DNA of 64,000 nt, from assembly GCA_963829475.1 (NCBI GenBank), contig CAWHIU010000001.1, forward strand, positions 11,790-75,789, read 5' to 3'. Positions 31,861-43,757 of this stretch are shown here, piece by piece. The notes beneath the pieces were generated by a model. It was not told the origin of the DNA and made no database searches. It saw nothing but the letters and a program-made list of their open reading frames with translations. A program made the translations under genes and the position numbers. Every line of letters starts with the position of its first letter. Position 1 is the stretch's first letter. This stretch comes from an uncultured Actinomycetes bacterium (lineage in GTDB: Bacteria > Actinomycetota > Acidimicrobiia > IMCC26256 > JANYLB01).

Positions 31861-32792
31861 ACGCGTCTTCCCGGCGATGGGCACGAGTGCCCACGTCATC
31901 GTGGTCGCCGCCCGCGACCCCGAGGCACTGGCGCGCGCCGCGCAGCTGCGTCTCGCCGAGCTCGAGGCCCGGTGGACGCGCTTCGAGACGACCAGCGACA
32001 TCAGCCGCCTCAACGCGCTCAACGAGGCCGGCTCGGTCCCCCTGATCGTCGCACCCGAGACCTTCGCGCTCGTCGAGCTCGCGCTCGAAGGGTGGCGCCT
32101 CACCGGCGGTCGCTTCGATCCCACCGTCCTCCCGTCATTGACGGCCGCGGGATACGACCGGACCTTCGAGCAGGTGCGGGCGGGGGGTGGCGTCCCCCCG
32201 ACATCTCCCGCCCGCGCCCTCGAACCATCGCCGGGATGCGCAGGGGTCATCACTGATCCGATCGTCGGCTCGGTGCGACTCGGAGCCGGGATCGCGTTCG
32301 ATCCCGGCGGGATCGGCAAGGGCCTCGCGGCCGACCTCGTCGCGCAGGAGCTGCTCGACGCCGGTGCCGACGGCGTGTGCATCAACGTCGGGGGCGACCT
32401 CCGCGTCGGTGGGCGACGCTCCGGGAGGCGCCGGTTGGCTCGTCGAGGTGGAGCACCCCATCGCCGGTCACGCCCCGCTGGCTCGGGTCCGGCTGCGCGC
32501 GGGGTCCGTCGCGTCGAGCTGGCGGACGAAACGCACGTGGGACGGCCCCGACGGCAACGCCCGGCACCACCTCTTCGATCCCGCGACCGGTACGCCCGCG
32601 GACACCGGGCTGAGTGGGGTGTGCGTGATCGCCGGGCCCGCGTGGCTCGCCGAGGTGCTGGCCAAGGGCGCGTTCGTGGGCGGCCTCGAAGCCGGCCACA
32701 CGTTGCTCACCGATCAGGGCGTCGCCGGTTGGCTCGTCGACGACGAAGGGGGCGTGCACCCCGTCGGCGCGCCCGAACGGTTCGCGGCGTGA
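31850..32792 (+). CDS. apbE: FAD:protein FMN transferase, frameshift ~32415
   Basis: FPAMGT; SDISRLN; TGGRFDPTV; DPGGIGKGLAAD; NVGGDL; HHLFDPATG. Confidence 0.9.
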
Positions 32793-33367
32793 GCCGACTG
32801 CCGTGGTACGTGACGCGCGCGTCGGGGATGACCGCGTGGGCACTCGTGTTGATCTCGATCGTGTGGGGCCTCGCGATGGCGCTGCCCAAGTTCGGCTTCA
32901 CGCGCAAGGCCGGGCCGGCCTGGACGCTCGCGTTGCACCGCTGGATCGGCGCCCTCGCGCTCGCGTTCATCGCCGTGCACGTCGGTTCGCTCCTCGTCGA
33001 CGATTTCGTGCACTTCTCCCCCGTCGACGTCCTGGTGCCGTTCGCATCGGGATGGAACCCGGGTGCAGTCGCGTGGGGAATCGTCGCGATGTATCTGCTC
33101 GTCGCGGTCGAGATCACGTCGCTGATCCGCAAGCGGCTCCCGGCGAAGGTGTGGCGCCAGCTCCATCTGCTCGCCTACGCGGCCTTCGGCCTCTCGACTC
33201 TCCACATGCTCACAGCCGGCACCGACACCACCGCGCTCATGGACGAGGTCGTCGCGATCGCGCTGGGGACGCTCGTGATGTTCGGGGCGACGATCATCTG
33301 GGCCTGGCGGACCGAACCGGCGTCGCGGCGGGCCGCGTCGACGCTCGAGCGGAGCCTTCCCGGCTGA
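32789..33367 (+). CDS. Ferric-reductase-like transmembrane (heme b) protein
   Basis: WYVTRASG; LHRW...AVHV; WRQLHLLAY...LH, giving four TM His. Confidence 0.85.
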   Translation: MSRLPWYVTRASGMTAWALVLISIVWGLAMALPKFGFTRKAGPAWTLALHRWIGALALAFIAVHVGSLLVDDFVHFSPVDVLVPFASGWNPGAVAWGIVAMYLLVAVEITSLIRKRLPAKVWRQLHLLAYAAFGLSTLHMLTAGTDTTALMDEVVAIALGTLVMFGATIIWAWRTEPASRRAASTLERSLPG

Positions 33368-33425
33368 TCCGCACCACCCGAATGGGTGACGGGCAATTCG
33401 TCGGTTTTGCCCGTAATCTGGCGCG

Positions 33426-34274
33426 ATGCGGAGACTTTCGCGCTTCATCGGGGCCGGCCTGCTGGTCGGGGCCGGCGTGGTCCTCGGGTCGGGTTCGATC
33501 CCATCGGGCGGCGGCTCCGAGGTCGACGCGTCGACGAGCCCGGCCGGGGCCCGGGTCCAGATCAGCGTCGACGGCTCGTACCACGAGGTGGGCGAACCCG
33601 GAGGCAGTGGATCGACCGGGGGGAGCGGTTCGGGCGGGGGCTGTACTCGGCGGTGGGAGCCCACGAAGGCGTTCGATGGCGAAAGCGCCTACTTCCTCAA
33701 TTTCCTGCTCGGACCGCCGCCGTCTCCCGAGCACGTTCCGTACGGCGTGTTCTGCGGCAACGAGTTCCTCGGCGCGGTCTGGCTCCTCCCTTCGGACTTC
33801 ACCGTGGTTGCCGCCACGCCCACCGCGGCCGAGATCGCAGCGGAGATCGCGAAGGATCTCCCGTACCCGGTCGTGACGATCGGCGCGAACCCGGGCGGAC
33901 GCGGCCTCACCGGTCTCGCCTCGGCGTTCTGGGTCGACGGGTACGGGGGCGAGCCGATCGTCGACGCGGTCGACGGACTCGGGACCACGGTCGAGGTCGA
34001 GGCGCGCGCGAGCTCGGCGACGTGGGACTTCGGCGACGACAGCAACACCGTCGAGTCGGTGGTCGGAGGGAGCCGGTCGTCTCCCTCGGTGAGCCACGTG
34101 TACGAGACCCGGTCGGTGGGCCGCCCCTACACGGTGACGGCGACGTTCGCGTTCTCGGTGCGGTACCGGGTGGACGGCGGCGATTGGGTCGACCTGCCAC
34201 CCGTCGAACGAGACGCGCAACGGACCTACGACGTCGTCGAATCCCGTGGTCAGCTGGTGCCGAGCGAGCCGTAG
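33426..34274 (+). CDS. Secreted hypothetical protein with PKD-like C-terminus
   Basis: Signal peptide; GLTGLASAFWV; TWDFGD; SHVYE. Confidence 0.65.
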   Translation: MRRLSRFIGAGLLVGAGVVLGSGSIPSGGGSEVDASTSPAGARVQISVDGSYHEVGEPGGSGSTGGSGSGGGCTRRWEPTKAFDGESAYFLNFLLGPPPSPEHVPYGVFCGNEFLGAVWLLPSDFTVVAATPTAAEIAAEIAKDLPYPVVTIGANPGGRGLTGLASAFWVDGYGGEPIVDAVDGLGTTVEVEARASSATWDFGDDSNTVESVVGGSRSSPSVSHVYETRSVGRPYTVTATFAFSVRYRVDGGDWVDLPPVERDAQRTYDVVESRGQLVPSEP

Positions 34275-34314
34275 CCCGGGTTCGATCCACGAAGCCGCCG
34301 GTTAGCCTCTCGCG

Positions 34315-35974
34315 ATGTCCCAGACCCCGAGCGGGGCCTTCCAACGTGCCGATGCACTCGCCCGATTGGGTTCGGAACCGTTCGACGTCCTGGTGATCGG
34401 CGGTGGCATCACCGGCGCCGGGGTCGCGCTGGATGCGGCGAGCCGCGGGCTACGCACCGCGCTCGTCGAGCGCGACGACTTCGCGTCGGGCACGTCGTCG
34501 AAGAGCTCCAAGCTCGTGCACGGTGGGCTGCGGTACCTGCAGCAGAAGGAGTTCCGGCTCGTCTACGAGAACCTCCACGAGCGCCAGATCATCTTGCGCA
34601 ACGCGCCGCACCTCGTGCGGGTGCTCCCGTTCCTCATCCCCGTGCTCGCGCGCGACGGCCTCGTCAATCCGAAGGTTGCACGCGCGCTGGGCTGGGCCCT
34701 GTGGCTCTACGACCTCACGGGCGGTGCGCGCGTCGGCAAGCTGCACCAGCGCATCAGCAAGGAGCAAGCGCTGGCTCACATGCCGACGATGCCGACCGAC
34801 AAGCTCGCCGGTGCGTACCTCTACTACGACGCACAATCCGACGACGCCCGACTCACGCTCACGATCGCCCGCACCGCGGCCGCGCACGGCGCCGTTCTCG
34901 CCAACCGCGCCGGGGTGACCGGCCTCCGCAAGGACGCGACGGGCCGGGTCCGTGGCGCGACGGTCACCGCCGACGGCAACGAGATCGACGTGCAGGCGCG
35001 CGTCGTCGTGAACGCGACCGGCGTCTGGGCCGACGACGTGCGCGCGCTCGACGAAGGCACGCACCCGGACTCGATCCGTCCGGCGAAAGGCATCCACATC
35101 ACGGTGCCGTGGGGAAAGGTCCGCAACGACATCGCCGCCATCGTGCCGGTGCCGAAGGACAAGCGCTCGATCTTCGTGGTCCCATGGGGCGACTTCACCT
35201 ACATCGGCACGACCGACACCGACTACGACGGTCCGATCGACGACCCCCAGTGCACCCCCGACGACATCGCCTACCTGATCGACGCGATGAACCTCGTGCT
35301 CAGCGAGCCGATCTCCACTGCCGACATCGTCGGTACGTGGGCCGGTTTGCGCCCACTGGTGAAGGGCGGACAGCGTCGGTGAGAAGACCGCGGATCTGTC
35401 GCGGCGGCACAAGATCCAGACGTCGGACAGCGGCATGTTGTCGATCACGGGCGGCAAGCTCACCACCTACCGCCGCATGGCTGCCGACACCGTCGACAGG
35501 GTCGCAACGGAGATCGACCGTGGTGGCGGGAGCAAGACCAAGCGGCTCCGGCTGCTCGGCGCCGAGGGTTCCGCACCCGCCGACGAGCACCTGGCCCGTC
35601 GGTACGGCAGCCTCGCGGCCGATGTGCTGGCCCTCATCGAAGCCGACGCGTCACTCGGCGCGCTGCTCGTCCCGGGTCTCCCGTACCGCAAGGCCGAAGC
35701 GGTCTACGCCGCGCGCCACGAGATGGCCACCACGGTCGACGATGTGCTCTCGCGCCGCACACGGGCCCGGCTGTTGGCGCGCGACGCGTCGGCCGACGCG
35801 GCCGAAGACGTCGCCCGGCTCCTGGCGCGCGAGCTGGGGTGGGACGACTCCGAGATCCGTCGCCAGGTCGACGCGTACCGGACCTCGATCGACACCGAGC
35901 GTGCGAGTGCCGGACTGGTGGCAGATGCCGGTGAACCCACCGATGACGCGCTCGACGCCACATTCGGTTCGTGA
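34315..35974 (+). CDS. glpD: Glycerol-3-phosphate dehydrogenase/oxidase, frameshift ~35370
   Basis: VIGGGITGAGVALDAASRGL; GTSSKSSKLVHGGLRYL; WAGLRPL; GGKLTTYRRMA. Confidence 0.9.
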
Positions 35975-35986
35975 CAACCTCCCCGC

Positions 35987-37531
35987 GTGACCAGACGCGT
36001 GACCAGCAGCCGTAGCGGGAACGCCACCGGGGCACCCACGGCACCGATCGCGTTCGACGTCGATCCGGCCGACGTGCAGTCGCACCTCACCACCGCGGTC
36101 GTCGACGTCGACGACGCGTTGCTCGTTCGCCTGCGCGACGCGTGTGCATCGGTCGATGTCGAGGCGGCCGACATCTCCGAGGCAAGTCGCGACTGGTGGC
36201 CGCTCGCGATGATCTGGGCCCTCGACGGTCAGGTGGCCGCCCGAGCCGCGGCGATCGCCCGGCCCACGTCCCCGGCCCAGGTCGCCGCGGTGCTCCAGAT
36301 CTGCAACGAGGCACGCGTGCCGGTGACCGCGGCAGCCGGTCGGAGCGGGGTGTGCGGAGCGAGCGTCCCCGTCCACGGCGGCGTGCTGCTCGACATGTGC
36401 GGCCTCGCCGGGATCGTCGACGTCGACGACACCTCGCTCGTCGCTCGACGTGCGGGCGGGCACGTTCGGTACGTGGCTCGAAGACACGCTGCGCGCCGAT
36501 CACGGCGTGACGATCGGTCACTGGCCACAGTCGATCGACCTCTCGACGGTGGGCGGATGGCTCGCGTGTCGCGGCGCCGGTCAACTCTCGACGCGCTACG
36601 GAAAGATCGAAGACATGGTCGTCGGCCTCGACGTGACCCTCGCCGACGGGACGCGGATCCACACCGGCGGAACCGCCCGCGCCGCGGTCGGCCCCGATCT
36701 CGATCAGGTGTTCGTCGGATCCGAGGGGACGCTCGGCATCATCACCGGCGCCCGGCTCCGTCTGCACCCGACGCCCGCCGTCGACCGGCGCGCGGCCTAC
36801 GCCTGGACGACCTTCGAGGAGGGACTCGACGCGTGTCGCCGCATCCTGCGGCGGGGTGCGACCCCCGCGGTGCTGCGCCTGTACGACGCGATCGAAGGCG
36901 ACCGGAACTTCGGCACGGGCGCGGCGAACCCATTGCTGGTGCTCGACGAAGGCGATCCCGCCCTCGTCGACGCGACGCTGGCCATCGTCGCCGACGAGTG
37001 TCGCGACGCCGAGGTGCTCGACTCCGGCCTGCTCGACACGTGGCTCACGCACCGCAACGACGTGAGTGCCCTCGAGCGACTCATTCGTCGCGGGTTGGTG
37101 GTCGACACGATGGAGATCACCGTGCCGTGGTCCGCAGCCGGCCGGGTGTACGAACGCGCGACGGCTGCGATCATGGCCGTCGAGCACACCCTCACGGCAT
37201 CGGCGCACCAGTCGCACGCGTACACCGACGGCGCGTGCCTCTACTTCACGTTCGCGGGCACACCGGCTCCCGAACACCGCGAGGCCTACTACCGAGCCGC
37301 CTGGGACGCCGGGACGCGCGCGGTGCTCGCCGAGGGTGGTGCCCTCAGCCACCACCACGGGGTCGGGATCAACCGGGCCCGGTTCGTGCGCGAGGCGCTC
37401 GGTGAGAGCTTCGCGGTGCTCGAGGCCATGAAGACCGCGCTCGACCCGAACGGCATCCTCAACCCGGGCAAGCTCGGACTCCCCGACCCCTGGGCCGACA
37501 CCGACACCCCCGCCTGGCCGGCCGGCCGTGA
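35987..37531 (+). CDS. FAD-binding oxidoreductase, alkyl-DHAP-synthase-like (VAO/PCMH fold), frameshifted
   Basis: GHWPQSIDLSTVGGWLACRGAGQLSTRYGKIED; GSEGTLGII; SHHHGVG; DPNGILNPGKL. Confidence 0.85.
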
Positions 37532-38973
37532 GCGTGTTGGTGGTCGACGTGGGGACGAGCTCGGTGCGGAGCGCGATCGTGCGCGACGACGCGACAGTCG
37601 CGCACGAGCACCCGCGGTCGCTGCTCCCCGACTCCCCGGCGCCGGGGCTCGTCGAGTTCGACGCCGCGGGCGATGGCGAACGCGGCGCTCGATTCGGCGC
37701 GCGCCGCACTGGCCGGAGGCGGGCCCGTCGCCGGGGTGGGGATCGCGAACCAGCGGGGCTCGGCGATCGTGTGGGACCGGGCCACCGGTGAGCCGGTCGG
37801 ACCGGGGATCGGATGGCAGGACCTCCGCACCATCGGTCGTTGCCTGGAGCTCCAGGCGTCGGGATACCGGCTGGCGCCGAACGTCGCCGCGACGAAGCTC
37901 GAGGCGCTGCTCGACTCGGCCGACCCCGACCGGACGCGCGACCTCTGCTGCGGCACGGTCGACTCGTGGATCACGTGGGTCCTCTCCGACGGCACCGCGC
38001 ACGTCATCGACGCGAGCAACGCGGGAATCACCGGGCTGCTCGCGGCCGACCACCGATCCTGGGACGAAGAGCTGCTCGCGGTGCTCCGCATCCCGATCGA
38101 GTCGCTCCCCCGTCTGGTCGACACCATCGGCGTCGTCGGCGAAGCCCGCGCGCTCGTCGGAGCGCCCGCCGCTCGCGGCCCGGGCCGGGGATCAACAAGC
38201 CTCGCTCGTCGGGCAGGGGTGCGTGCGGCCCGGACTCGCGAAGATCACCTTCGGCACCGGCGGGATGCTCGACGTCTGCCTCGGACCCGACAAGCCGGCA
38301 TTCGAGACTCGGGGCGCCGCGGGGACCTTCCCGATCATCGCCTGGCGCAACGCGGGTCACGACACGTGGGGCGTCGAGGCCGTCATGCTCTCGGCCGGAA
38401 CAAACGTCGAGTGGTTGCGCGACGACCTCGGCGTGCTCACGACCGCGGCGGAGTCGCACGAGGTCGCGCAGCAGTGCACCGACACCGGTGGCGTCGTCTA
38501 CGTCCCTGCGCTCCTCGGTCTCGGCACACCGAACTGGGACTACGGCGCGCGCGGCACACTCCTCGGGTTGACGCGCGGCAGCGGTCGACCTGAGCTCGTT
38601 CGGGCCGTGCTCGAGGGCATCGCACAGCGCGGCGCCGACCTCGTCGACGCGGCGGAAGCCGACGCACGGCTGCTGATCCCGACCCTGCGGGTCGACGGCG
38701 GCATGACCGCCAACCCGACCTTCGTGCAGGCACTGGCCGACGCGACCCAGAAGCCGGTCGAGATCTCACCGGCCCAGGAGGCAACCACCGTCGGCGCCGG
38801 GTTCCTCGCCGGCCTCGCGATCGGGACCTGGTCGACGTGAAGACGACCTCGCGGCCACCTGGACCCCGCGCGCCCGCATCGAACCCGGGGAGCCCCTCGA
38901 CCGCGATCGCTGGCGAGAGGCGGTCCGGCGAGCCGCGGAGTGGCTGCCCGATCTCTCTGCCATCGAGTTCTGA
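37528..38973 (+). CDS. FGGY-family kinase (glycerol kinase-like), frameshifted
   Basis: VVDVGTSSVR; GIANQR; WQDLRT; GDQQASLVGQ; KITFGTG; LRVDGGM. Confidence 0.9.
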
Positions 38974-39072
38974 TCGGTCGGCATCTCGGCCAGACTGGTG
39001 CCGGGAATCTCGGATCGGAACCCGAGGTTGCCAGCAAGACCAGTGGAACGCTCGGAAGTGGGGTGATCGCTC

Positions 39073-40335
39073 GTGCCCATCGCCGACCTCGTCGAACTGA
39101 TCGTCGGGACCGACCTGCCGGTGGCCGTCGAGGCCTACGACGGCAGTCGCAGCGGTCCGGAGCATCCCCCCGCCACGATCGTCGTGCGGTCGCCCGATGC
39201 CATCAGACGGATCGTCACCGCACCGGGCGAGCTCGGCGTCGGCCGGGCCTACGTCGCCGGTGACCTCGACGTCGAAGGCGACGTCTTCGCCGCGCTCGAG
39301 CTGCGCAAACAGCTTTCGTCGCTCCGCATCTCGCCTCCGCCAGTGGCGGGCCGCGCTCGAGCTGGTGGGTTGGAACGGTCTGCGGCCGTTGCCGGCGCCG
39401 CCGGAGGAGGCGCACCTGCATGGCCGGCGCCACTCGCGCGAGCGCGACGCGGCGGCCATCGCGCACCACTACGACGTGTCGAACGCGTTCTACCGCATCG
39501 TGCTCGGACCGTCGATGACCTACTCCTGTGCGGTGTGGGGCTCGCCCGACATCACGCTCGAGGCCGCGCAGGCCGAGAAGTACGAGGTGATCTGCCGCAA
39601 GCTCGGGCTCGAGCCCGGGATGCGCCTCCTCGACGTCGGGTGCGGGTGGGGCGGGATGGTCATGCACGCGGCGCGCCACCACGGTGCACGCGCAGTCGGG
39701 GTGACGGTGTCACGCCGACAGGCGGAGCTACGCGGCGAAGCGCGTCGCCGAAGCCGGGCTCGACGACTCCGTCGAGATCCGGCTCCAGGACTACCGCGAC
39801 GTCCATGGACGAGCGCTTCGACGCGATCAGCTCGATCGGCATGTTCGAGCACGTCGGACTGGCGCAGCTCCGCGCCGTACTTCGACCACCTGTTCGCGCT
39901 CCTCGCGCCACGAGGGCGGCTTCTCAACCACGCGATCGGGCGTCCGGCGCCGACGCGCGCCCAGCGCCTGCGACCGACGAGCACCCGCTTCTCCCGACGT
40001 GGGTTCATCGACCGCTACGTCTTCCCCGACGGCGAGCTGCACGAGCTCGGCACCGTGATCTCGCGCGCTGCAGCGGGCCGGGTTCGAGGCCCGGCACATG
40101 GAGAGCCTGCGCGAGCACTACGCCCTCACGCTGCGGGCGTGGGTCCGCAACCTCGAGCGGGGTTGGGACGCGGCCGTCGCCGAGGTCGGCGATCCCCGCG
40201 CGCGCATCTGGCGGCTCTACATGGCAGGTTCAGCCGTGAACTTCGAGGACGGCACCATCCAGGTGCACCAGGTCGCTCGCGGTGAAGCCCGACCGCGGCG
40301 TCAGCAACATCCCGCTGCGCCCGGGGTTCGGCTGA
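39073..40335 (+). CDS. cfa: Cyclopropane-fatty-acyl-phospholipid synthase family methyltransferase, frameshifted
   Basis: AHHYDVSNAFY; MTYSCA; LLDVGCGWG; SIGMFEHV; FIDRYVFPDGEL; RIWRLYM. Confidence 0.85.
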
Positions 40336-40344
40336 TCGCCGTAG

Positions 40345-41023
40345 TCAGCTGATCTCCAGCCCGAGCTCGAGGTACTCCGACCAGCCGAGGGGCTCGGTCG
40401 ACAGGGTGCGCTCCAGCCGTGCCCCCCGACCGAGCGGCACGATCGCCGACGGCGCGCGCTCGACGTCGGGATCGATCCCCACCCATGCGCGCCGCCGGGG
40501 CGCGGTCGACCAGTCGGTGGCGGCATCGGTGTGCTCGAAGGTGCCGGTACCGTCGAACACGATCCGATCCCGGCCGACGAGGATCTCACCCCGAACGTCG
40601 CCCACCCCCGGCTCTGGCGCCGGACCCGCTTCGATCTCCGGGCCCGCTGCGATCTCCCACTCGATGTCGAGCCCGACCGCCACCCGCTCACCGATCTCAC
40701 CACCGGGTGCGAGCGCGACGGCCGGGTGATCGAGGCGGAGCCCGAACGCCTCGAGCCCGAAGCTCCAGTGCTCGTCGCGGCGTCTCGCAGAGCAGCTCGG
40801 CCCACAACCCGTCGGCCCGGATCTCGAGGCCCGCGCGCGGCAGCGGAACCTCGTGGTCGCGCACGACGACCAGGCCGATTCCCGGGCCGACGAGGTACGC
40901 CCAGTACCAGGCGATGTTCTCCGCCGGTCGCAGCTCGAGGCGCACGAAGCCGCCGACGCCGTCGGCGCGGGCGAAGTCGAGCGCAGTGGCTTCACCGCGC
41001 GCCGTGTGCGATACACCACTCAC
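40345..41023 (-). CDS. Conserved hypothetical protein, frameshift ~40780
   Basis: Two overlapping frames join as GGFVRLEL...GLWAELLCET / EHWSFGLEAFGL; host-like codon usage. Confidence 0.55.
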
Positions 41024-41036
41024 CCGGACCCCTCCT

Positions 41037-41086
41037 GCTTCGGCGTCGCGAACCCCTCAGATCTGATGGGTTTGCGACGCCAAAGC
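41037..41086. repeat. 50-bp imperfect palindrome between divergent genes (REP-like)
   Basis: gcttcggcgtcgcgaacccctcag-at-ctgatgggtttgcgacgccaaagc. Confidence 0.8.
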
Positions 41087-41178
41087 GTAGAGGTGTCCGG
41101 TGACGGGGACAGGCCAGTTCATCGAACTGACTCACGACCGAACAGCCCTGATTCACCGGCCCCGCTATCGTCGTCGTG

Positions 41179-42108
41179 ATGCCCGCATGGACGCGCACTC
41201 GCACCGGAACGCACCGACTGGCCCTGTCGGCGGTCGGTATTGCGCTCCTGATCAGCTCGGTGGGGATCGCCTGCGGTCCGCCCGGCCAAGGTGGAACGCC
41301 GCCCTGCGCGCAACGGGCCGTGCCGGTGCACTACCGCCACGTCATCTGGATCTGGATGGAGAACCACCGCTACTCCGAGGTGATCGGATCGTCGGCCGCG
41401 CCCTACCTGACCAAGCTCGCGACGCAATGCGGATCGGCCACCGCGGAGGCCGTCGTCGGTTCACCGTCGCTGCCCAACTACATCGGCGCGACGGCCGGCC
41501 AGACTGCGGGCATCAACGACGACGACGACCCGTCGTCGCATCCGATCTCGGCGAACAACATCTTCCGACAGGTGCGTTCCGCGAGAGGGACCGCGCGCTC
41601 GTACGAGGAGTCGATGCCCGGCCGCTGCAGGCTCACGGAGCGCGGCCAGTACGCGGTGCGACACAACCCGGCGGCCTACTACAGCTCGGCTGCCGACCGC
41701 GCGGCCTGCAAGCACGACAACCTGCCGATGGGCTCGACGACGCGTGGTCCGTTGGCGCATGCCCTCAAGGCCGACAAGGTCCCGACCCTGGCGTTCGTGA
41801 CCCCGAACCTCTGCAACGACACCCACGACTGCTCGGTCAACGTGGGCGACCGCTGGCTCGCGAAGTGGATCCCGAAGATCACGTCGAGCAAGGCATACGC
41901 GCGGGGCGACACCGCAGTCGTGGTCACCTACGACGAGGAATCCCCGGTTCCGAACGTGTGGATCTCACCGTCGGTGAAGCCCGGAGCCCGGATGACCACC
42001 AAGACGAATCACTACGCGGCGCTGCGCACCGTCGAGGAGATGCTCGGGCTCCCCCTGCTCGGCGGGGCGTCCACGGCCGCGAGCTACCGCGCCTCGTTCC
42101 ACCTCTGA
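41179..42108 (+). CDS. Phosphoesterase / acid phosphatase (alkaline phosphatase superfamily) lipoprotein
   Basis: HVIWIWMENH; PSLPNY; RHNPAAY; TPNLCNDTHDC; TYDE; lipobox GIAC. Confidence 0.85.
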   Translation: MPAWTRTRTGTHRLALSAVGIALLISSVGIACGPPGQGGTPPCAQRAVPVHYRHVIWIWMENHRYSEVIGSSAAPYLTKLATQCGSATAEAVVGSPSLPNYIGATAGQTAGINDDDDPSSHPISANNIFRQVRSARGTARSYEESMPGRCRLTERGQYAVRHNPAAYYSSAADRAACKHDNLPMGSTTRGPLAHALKADKVPTLAFVTPNLCNDTHDCSVNVGDRWLAKWIPKITSSKAYARGDTAVVVTYDEESPVPNVWISPSVKPGARMTTKTNHYAALRTVEEMLGLPLLGGASTAASYRASFHL

Positions 42109-42118
42109 CGCGAGGCCG

Positions 42119-42739
42119 CTACATCTCGTAGACGCTGCCGTACTTGCGCATCGTGAACAGCCGCACCGGGACCACGAGCAGCCAGAAGTACTTCGCGACA
42201 TCGGCGCTCCAGAAGTACGCGACCGGTATCGACGCGAGGAAGATGACGGGGGCCGTCAGTGCCCGGAAGAGCGTGTGCAAGCGGAAGCCGTCGGGCATGT
42301 CGCGCACCAGCCGGTTCTCGGCTGCCGCATACCACCAGACCGCCGATGACGCGATGCCGGTCGCGGCCACCGCGAACGCGTAGATGACGGTGGCCTGGAT
42401 GGTCTCGCCGTAGTCGCCGAGCAGGTCGGTGGGGAACGGCATGATCGCCACGAAGCTCAACAGCACCATGTTCAGGGCGATGAACCGGGTGTCGACCTTG
42501 TGGATGAAGTGCCACATCCGGTGGTGGGCGAACCAGTACACACCGATCACGTAGAACGACAGGAAGTAGGTGAGCACCGGCCTCCAGAGGCCGTCGATGA
42601 CCTCGTCGATGTGTGCGTCACCGTGGAACTTCGGGAAGTCGAGCGTCAGCACCAGCACGGTGATCGCGATCGCGAACACACCGTCGCTGAACGCGGAGAC
42701 CCGGTCGAGGTCGCGGCCCTGCTCGATCTCGTCGGTCAT
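42119..42739 (-). CDS. TMEM175 family potassium channel
   Basis: RVSAFSDGVFAIAITVLVL; YWFAHHR. Confidence 0.9.
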   Translation of the reverse strand: MTDEIEQGRDLDRVSAFSDGVFAIAITVLVLTLDFPKFHGDAHIDEVIDGLWRPVLTYFLSFYVIGVYWFAHHRMWHFIHKVDTRFIALNMVLLSFVAIMPFPTDLLGDYGETIQATVIYAFAVAATGIASSAVWWYAAAENRLVRDMPDGFRLHTLFRALTAPVIFLASIPVAYFWSADVAKYFWLLVVPVRLFTMRKYGSVYEM

Positions 42740-42752
42740 GCCCCCCAGGAAA

Positions 42753-43748
42753 TCAGGGAATGAGGCCGAGCGCGCGGACCTCATCGCGCTCGCCGACCAG
42801 CTCCTCGGTCGTCACGCGGATCTTGTCCTGCGCGAAGGCGTCGTGCTCGATGCCGGGAACGACCTCCCAGGCGCTGCCCGTGCTGCGGACCGGGAACCCG
42901 AACTGGAGACCCTCGGGTGCGCCGTACTCACCGGAGCTCGCGACCGCGAGCGAGTGGAAGTCGCCGTCGGGCGTCGGGCGCCAGACGCTGTTGACCGAAT
43001 CGATCGCCGCGTGCGCGGCCGACGCGGCCGACGACGAACCGCGCGCCTCGATGACCGCCGCGCCGCGCTTCTGCACCGTCTCGATGAACGGACCTTGCAG
43101 CCACGCGTCGTCGCCGATCACGTCGGGTGCCGGCTTCCCGCTGATCTTCGCGTGCGCGAAGTCGGGGAACTGCGTGGCCGAGTGGTTGCCCCAGATCGCG
43201 AGGTTGGTCACCTCACGCACCGGGACGCCGGCCTTGTTCGCGAGCTGGGTCTTGGCCCGGTTCTCGTCGAGACGGGTCATCGCGAACCAGCGGTCGGCGG
43301 GGACGTCGGGTGCGTTGCTGCGGGCGATGAGGCAGTTCGTGTTGCACGGGTTGCCGACCACGAGCACGCGCACGTCGCTCGCCGCGTTCGCGTTGATCGC
43401 CTCACCCTGGGGCTTGAAGATCCCCCCGTTCACGTTGAGCAGGTCGCCGCGTTCCATCCCCGCCTTGCGCGGGATCGACCCCACGAGGAGCGCCCACGAC
43501 GTGCCGTCGAACGCGGTCTTCAGGTCCGACGTTGCCTCGATGCCGTCGAGCAGCGGGTGGGCACCGTCTTCGATCTCCATGACGACGCCTTCGAGCGTCT
43601 TCATCGCGGGCTCGATCTCGAGCAGCCGGAGCACGACGGGCTGGTCGGGTCCGAGGAGCTGGCCGGAGGCGATCCGGTGGACGAGCGCGTAGCCGATCTG
43701 GCCGGCCGCGCCGGTGACGGTGACGTGGAGGGGCTTCGTGGTGGGCAT
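42753..43748 (-). CDS. mdh: Malate dehydrogenase
   Basis: [10 protein letters not shown]; VGNPCNTN; MTRLDENRA; IWGNHS. Confidence 0.97.
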   Translation of the reverse strand: MPTTKPLHVTVTGAAGQIGYALVHRIASGQLLGPDQPVVLRLLEIEPAMKTLEGVVMEIEDGAHPLLDGIEATSDLKTAFDGTSWALLVGSIPRKAGMERGDLLNVNGGIFKPQGEAINANAASDVRVLVVGNPCNTNCLIARSNAPDVPADRWFAMTRLDENRAKTQLANKAGVPVREVTNLAIWGNHSATQFPDFAHAKISGKPAPDVIGDDAWLQGPFIETVQKRGAAVIEARGSSSAASAAHAAIDSVNSVWRPTPDGDFHSLAVASSGEYGAPEGLQFGFPVRSTGSAWEVVPGIEHDAFAQDKIRVTTEELVGERDEVRALGLIP

Positions 43749-43757
43749 GGGCCGAGA

